Shown piece after piece: positions 59,152-64,000 of a stretch of DNA of 64,000 nt. The notes beneath the pieces are model-generated. The model saw nothing but the letters and a program-made list of their open reading frames with translations, did not search any database and was not told where the DNA came from. Both the position numbers and the translations under genes were made by a program. This stretch comes from a virus: IMG/VR virus record IMGVR_UViG_3300046167_000924, positions 32,001 to 96,000 of that record; one strand, written 5' to 3'. Every line of letters starts with the position of its first letter. Positions within the stretch are counted from its first letter, which is position 1.

Positions 59152-59988
59152 ATGACCGACCAACCTAAATTTGATGATTCGAGTGAAATTGTGCCGCATC
59201 GCAATTTTACAATACCTTTTAATTATGTATGGGAGCGAGAAAGCGAGTGTTGGATTCCAATGGAAGAAGGTTTTGGCGGTTCATATTTGGACAAGATAAC
59301 ATTCAATGCTAGTGCGTTTGTTCATAAATTTGGAAGCAATCCAAGTATCAAAAATAGCGGGTTATCAGTTAGTAGCCCCGAAACCATTTGGGACGGATCA
59401 AATGAATATATTTTCCCAAGTAATAGTGGAGAGATTATGGAAATTGTGTCATCCGATGGATCAGATACTCAAGATGTGGTTGTTCAAGGTTTAGATGAAA
59501 ATTTCTTAGAAAAGACTTGGGTGGGCACACTCGAAGGTTCAACTCCTATTAATATTGGAACTTGGACACGCATATTTCGGGCGTATAACGATGGAAATGT
59601 CGATTTCGTGGGAAGCATAACAATCAATGAAGTTGGAGGTTCGATTGATTATATTAAAATTCTTGATGGAAACAATCAAACATTAATGTGCGTATATACA
59701 ATACCCGCCGATAAAATTGGTTATTTAACAAAATATAGTTTGAGTGCCCAAAAGCCAAGTTCAGCAAGTATTAATTTTACTGCACAAATAAGGACACGCG
59801 AATTTGGCAAAGTATTTCGAGTTCGCGAAATTGTATCTTTTGGAACAGATCACGACACACAAAGAAGTCTTGACTTCCCAACAAAACTACAACCAAAAAC
59901 AGATATAATATTTAATATTGTAGATTCAGATGGCAACAATGGTGCAGTTAATGCTGATTTTGATATTGCATTGCACGATTTAAGCTAA
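59152..59988 (+). CDS. Hypothetical, probably virion structural protein
   Basis: Beta-rich; HKFGSN, VQGLDENF, RIFRAY; GTG-TAATAT-5-ATG. Confidence 0.7.
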   Translation: MTDQPKFDDSSEIVPHRNFTIPFNYVWERESECWIPMEEGFGGSYLDKITFNASAFVHKFGSNPSIKNSGLSVSSPETIWDGSNEYIFPSNSGEIMEIVSSDGSDTQDVVVQGLDENFLEKTWVGTLEGSTPINIGTWTRIFRAYNDGNVDFVGSITINEVGGSIDYIKILDGNNQTLMCVYTIPADKIGYLTKYSLSAQKPSSASINFTAQIRTREFGKVFRVREIVSFGTDHDTQRSLDFPTKLQPKTDIIFNIVDSDGNNGAVNADFDIALHDLS

Positions 59989-60996
59989 GGCTTTTTGTAG
60001 TAAGCGAATAGCTTTGTCTTTGCCTTTAACTTCACATTCCCACTTTGCGGGTCGATCTACATCTATAGCAATATGAGGGGGAGTATTTCCAAGGGCGAAA
60101 TAATCCGCGTGTGCTCTTGGTTTTTCTGGCTTACCTTCAGACCAATGAAATACAGGAGCAAAATAATCTGCCACTGCCTCGCATTCATCGTTATGGGGTT
60201 TGTCTGTATTTACCCATGTGTAAGCACATCTCTCTGCTTGAAATGTAATATTGCGTTCCTCTGATGGATTGCAAAAATCATGCAAATTGTCATAGCAGAC
60301 AGGTATTTGAGCTCCGAATGTATCATATAAGTGGTCGCTAAATTTTATGCAGTTGTCTACATTGAAAAAACCTTTGTCTTCATTTTCTATAGTTAGTCGT
60401 TTGTAAACCCCTTTGTCGCACATAGAAAGATTGCGGAAAAATCTGGTAGCAACGATCTCTAATGTTTCATCTGCTTGCGGAGTGTAATTAATATGAATAT
60501 TCATTGGAGCATTATGATTTTGGGGTAAACCCAATTGATCAAGAACGCTTGCTTGAAAATTTAATTCGTTGATCGTTCGTTTTACTGCATCTTTATTATT
60601 TGAAGCAAGAACATTAAATTGATCGGGATGAGAGCCAATAGAGATTCTCAATGTTTGAGCAATTAACCCCGCTTGCCTTAGTTCTTGTTTGATCGAGGCG
60701 TAATTCGGAAGCTCTTCAAGAGATATTTCCAAAGTTTGATCGGTAAGGAGAGGGAAAAGAGAAGAACTAAGACGATAATGCCTAATATTTGTGGCACTAC
60801 AATGATTGACAATATATTGAGTAACAATAACATTGTGCAAAATTCTTTGAGAGAGTTGGTTAAGTGCTTCATTTCTACCTTCTGAGTTACACAAGTCGTT
60901 AAATCGCTTGCGGGTCATTGTACGAAATGAGTATTTCTTTTTATCTTTATCTTTTAATTCTTCGCTAATGCAAGTTAATCCTAGTATTGTTGTCAT
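59980..60996 (-). CDS. uvsE: UV damage endonuclease UvsE
   Basis: YRLSSSLFP, HPDQFNVL, IENEDK, YDNLH, HWSEG, RAHAD, CEVKGKD. Confidence 0.92.
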   Translation of the reverse strand: MTTILGLTCISEELKDKDKKKYSFRTMTRKRFNDLCNSEGRNEALNQLSQRILHNVIVTQYIVNHCSATNIRHYRLSSSLFPLLTDQTLEISLEELPNYASIKQELRQAGLIAQTLRISIGSHPDQFNVLASNNKDAVKRTINELNFQASVLDQLGLPQNHNAPMNIHINYTPQADETLEIVATRFFRNLSMCDKGVYKRLTIENEDKGFFNVDNCIKFSDHLYDTFGAQIPVCYDNLHDFCNPSEERNITFQAERCAYTWVNTDKPHNDECEAVADYFAPVFHWSEGKPEKPRAHADYFALGNTPPHIAIDVDRPAKWECEVKGKDKAIRLLQKALA

Positions 60997-61277
60997 GCTC
61001 TAATTGTAACAGATGTTTATACCTCTGTCAAGATTATTTAAGTGTAATAATGTATAACGCAATAAAGTTATTATGCAAACGCTCGTTGATCTGTGGAACT
61101 TATTTCTTATCGCTTATGTGATATTTGCCTTGGGTATCATATTTTTACCCCGAAAATAGTTAATATCCTCTAAAATATTTTAAAATAGGCTCAATCAAAA
61201 GGTAATACCAAAAAGCGAAAAACATTAAAGTAAAATCAAATAATTTTCTTAAAATTTTCTTCACTCATGTATTTACA

Positions 61278-61640
61278 CTATCTTAGTTCGTCGTATACCC
61301 TATAGGAGTCTGAGTTTTTATGAAATGTACTTGCTTCAATTAGTCTGACTGATCCATTGTGAGCAATGAGTTGGTGAGGCTGGCCTTGTTCTATTTCGTA
61401 TTTATCTCCCTCTTTTAAGATAATTCGGCTTGATTGCCCGATTTTTGTAGAAATTAATTCAAGAGCAAGCTGACCCTCTAATATGTAAAATACTTCATGC
61501 TTTTCCAGATGAAAGTGCATAGATGTGTGGCGATCTTCTTTAATAAATAATTCTTTACCGCAATAATTTTCTTTTTCATTATTTGCGAACCATATTTCAT
61601 GTCCCCATCTTTTTTCTACGAATTTACTTTTTGTTTCCAT
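61278..61640 (-). CDS. Cupin (mannose-6-phosphate isomerase C-terminal-like)
   Basis: KRWGHE, SMHFHLEKHEVFYILEG, PHQL, EAST..DSYR. Confidence 0.8.
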   Translation of the reverse strand: METKSKFVEKRWGHEIWFANNEKENYCGKELFIKEDRHTSMHFHLEKHEVFYILEGQLALELISTKIGQSSRIILKEGDKYEIEQGQPHQLIAHNGSVRLIEASTFHKNSDSYRVYDELR

Positions 61641-61906
61641 TTTATTTGTATTTTAATATAGCTTCTTCTAAAGCTTCTATTGCTGTTCTTATTTTAATAT
61701 ATTGTTCGATTTTTGTTGTGTCGAGGACACAATTTGATCTTGGGGCTACTGTTTTTTTCTCCAATTGATTCAAATATCTCTGATGCGTTGGAATGCTTTA
61801 GTATTCCTTTGTATCTTGACATGTCATTTTTCATAAAACTTTCGATTGAGGTTCCAGAAGTTCTAGGTATATGAATAAAGATAATTTTATGAAAATCGTC
61901 TATCAC
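61637..61906 (-). pseudogene. Chimeric remnant: sulfotransferase N-terminus joined to RmlD/epimerase-like C-terminus
   Basis: FIHIPRTSGTS truncated; alternate frame APRSNCVLDTTKIE..AILKYK*. Confidence 0.5.
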
Positions 61907-61915
61907 TTTATATAA

Positions 61916-62761
61916 TCAGTTATTTTTTCGTGATGCTGCATGTTGGTAGTTGTGTTTTAGTATTTTATTTACATTTATTATGAATTCTTTCCATTCTTTT
62001 TTTGTTTTATTGCATAGAGTTTTAACTTCTTTTATTATTGCCGATATTCTTTCGTCTCTATCCTGTATTTCGTCATAACTTTCATCAATGTAAGGGTGAA
62101 ATGTTTTAAAGCCGTCTTGCTTTAACAATTTTAATGCTTGGTAATTACCTGCCATAATAAATGGATGCTTCATCCAGAAACACTTGTAAGTTTTTTCTGT
62201 ATAACGATTTGATCTATTTGTCATTTCCGTTTCTTGAACCAAGCTGAATCGAGAATATTTATAAAAATCTTCATTTATTTCCGCCCACGCTTTGCGAATT
62301 TTTTTTATAGATTTGTCATAATCAATGATTTTTGGTAAATCTGGAAGCTTTAAATTATGGTTTGATTTAATAGACCCACAAGACCAGAGATTTCCTTTTA
62401 ATAAATCATGGACAAACAAACTGGATAATACATGAAGTTTATCTTCTCTTGGATACCCGCACAAATATGTGAAATTATATTTATATTCATCATACGTGGG
62501 TGGTATAATTTTTTCGTACAATTGCCAACAAAAGTTTTTATAGAAAATGGATTTATCATCTGAGATTTTTTGATTCATGGTGTTGAAAATGCAAGGTCGT
62601 TTATATTCTCGTGAATATTGCTGAGTTAATTTATGCAATAATTCTTTTGTGTAGTAAGAGTGATCTTCAAAAGAGCTATCTAATATAATAAGTTCATCTT
62701 TGATAATTATTCTATAATTTAACATTTTTATTTTGTATTTATATTTGTATCCATTCTTCAA
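61916..62761 (-). CDS. Putative glycosyltransferase-like protein
   Basis: SLVQET, YTEKTYK, HPFIMAG, GFKTF..DESYD. Confidence 0.55.
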   Translation of the reverse strand: MKNGYKYKYKIKMLNYRIIIKDELIILDSSFEDHSYYTKELLHKLTQQYSREYKRPCIFNTMNQKISDDKSIFYKNFCWQLYEKIIPPTYDEYKYNFTYLCGYPREDKLHVLSSLFVHDLLKGNLWSCGSIKSNHNLKLPDLPKIIDYDKSIKKIRKAWAEINEDFYKYSRFSLVQETEMTNRSNRYTEKTYKCFWMKHPFIMAGNYQALKLLKQDGFKTFHPYIDESYDEIQDRDERISAIIKEVKTLCNKTKKEWKEFIINVNKILKHNYQHAASRKNN

Positions 62762-63266
62762 AATCCGCTAGTTGTTGTGTTGATGCTTCGCATTTTGGTA
62801 TGGCCTGTTTTACAATGATATCTGTTAAATCTTGATCTGCAATCAATTTATCTTTAAATGTATCAAAAAATAATTCGAATGCGGCGATTCTATTTTGTGG
62901 AAATTTAAATTCTTTGCCTTTTGTTACTCTACCTTTTTTCAGCCAAAGCAAGGGGTGCTTATTGCTTTTATTTGCATTGCAGGTTTTGCAAGAAGGGATT
63001 ATGTTTCCTTTATGCTCCAAGCCGAACATCGGCGGATCAAACAATCTTCCATTTGTTGGCATAAAATGATCCATATCTCTAATATCTTCAGCACCACAAT
63101 ACCAGCATTTTCCATCGACTATAATTTCATTAAATATTTTTTGCTTTTTAACTTCATCTTCTTCTCCCCATGTTGGGGATTGAAAATAAGCGAGCAGATC
63201 TTTTATTAAACCATTTAATATGCTATGACCCCTAAATAGGGTATTGGCGTTATATTTTTTGACCAC
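62739..63266 (-). CDS. HNH endonuclease
   Basis: CWYCG, DHFMP, NIIPSCKTCNANK. Confidence 0.85.
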   Translation of the reverse strand: MVKKYNANTLFRGHSILNGLIKDLLAYFQSPTWGEEDEVKKQKIFNEIIVDGKCWYCGAEDIRDMDHFMPTNGRLFDPPMFGLEHKGNIIPSCKTCNANKSNKHPLLWLKKGRVTKGKEFKFPQNRIAAFELFFDTFKDKLIADQDLTDIIVKQAIPKCEASTQQLADFEEWIQI

Positions 63267-63276
63267 AATTAAAGCT

Positions 63277-63591
63277 TTATAATTCGTCTTCTTTCGGAAA
63301 TAGTTCGTTTATAACGCATCTTCCGAAGTCTTCCACGCTTGGCTTTTTACCTATTTTTACTCCAAGTCTTGGGTGGTCTTTATATTCTTTTTGAATTAAA
63401 TCATCTATGAATTTTAAAACTTTTTTGCCAACTTCATCGTGAACAGGGGAGAAAGTATATGTCGTCATATCTTTATCGCTTCCATAACCAAATTCAATTG
63501 AAATATGGCAATCGTCTAATACATCTTTATTTGAAATCGGGCAAACGATATTAAGGCTATCATCGTAAAATGGATCGTGTTTTTTTGTCAT
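63277..63591 (-). CDS. Hypothetical protein
   Basis: ISIEFGYGS; TTGACA upstream. Confidence 0.7.
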   Translation of the reverse strand: MTKKHDPFYDDSLNIVCPISNKDVLDDCHISIEFGYGSDKDMTTYTFSPVHDEVGKKVLKFIDDLIQKEYKDHPRLGVKIGKKPSVEDFGRCVINELFPKEDEL

Positions 63592-63627
63592 AACTCATAT
63601 CTTACCACAAAAATCATAATCTGTCAA

Positions 63628-63921
63628 CTATATATTTAATCTAATAGCTGTAGTTGGATTTCCTTTGTCATCTACATCAATAACATCAATCAGTTTGCAT
63701 TTATTAGGTTCGGCGATAAATGTTTTAGGTTTTCCGTCTTCGTTTAAAATTCTTGGTAATCCAACTTTTGGATCTATTTGAACGCACTCTAGCAGATCTT
63801 TGCCATTGTGGTCGCCAATATCGTATGAATGTGGATACAGACCTTCTTCTTGATTTAAATACCCTATAATTCTTCCATATTTTATCCTGCTATTCGTTTT
63901 GCAGCGAATATGCTCCCCCAC
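63628..63921 (-). CDS. Hypothetical protein (start uncertain)
   Basis: ORF track. Confidence 0.55.
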   Translation of the reverse strand: MGEHIRCKTNSRIKYGRIIGYLNQEEGLYPHSYDIGDHNGKDLLECVQIDPKVGLPRILNEDGKPKTFIAEPNKCKLIDVIDVDDKGNPTTAIRLNI

Positions 63922-64000
63922 TAAAAAAGACTTTTTCTTGAATAATTTTTTTCTAGGAATATAATGCTTTAATTTACTTCTTTTGCATTTAAATTTTTTG

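Overview
AT-rich 64 kb segment of a large tailed dsDNA phage (Caudoviricetes); the host cannot be determined from the sequence, but an aquatic setting is suggested by phoH and uvsE. 1-5.7 kb (+): DnaQ-like exonuclease, a DnaE polymerase lacking the PHP domain, and a ClpA/C-type ATPase. 5.7-22.7 kb (mostly -): head/packaging module (repeat-containing putative neck protein, major capsid protein, prohead protease/scaffold, TerL, ERCC4 nuclease, sigma-like factor), a putative lysis trio, an orphan antitoxin domain and phoH. The capsid/protease genes carry a cluster of single-base insertions that are probably sequence errors. From 22.9 kb: a long accessory/early region of mostly tiny ORFs with 4 tRNAs, Gp88-like, DUF932, two Ogg2-like glycosylases, DNA ligase, rIIA/rIIB, a mini-kinase, HNH nucleases, UvsE and a sugar-modification remnant. 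The most striking structure is non-coding. Ten copies of a 77-bp element, made of two 25-bp dyads (YAA-N4-TTG-N5-CAA-N4-TTA, resembling IHF sites) exactly 52 bp apart, punctuate 23.7-34.7 kb into cassettes. Most copies lie just upstream of sigma70-type promoters, many of which are placed to give leaderless mRNAs. A second promoter class (GTG-TAWWWT) marks late genes, and two promoter-driven ORF-free RNAs are predicted.
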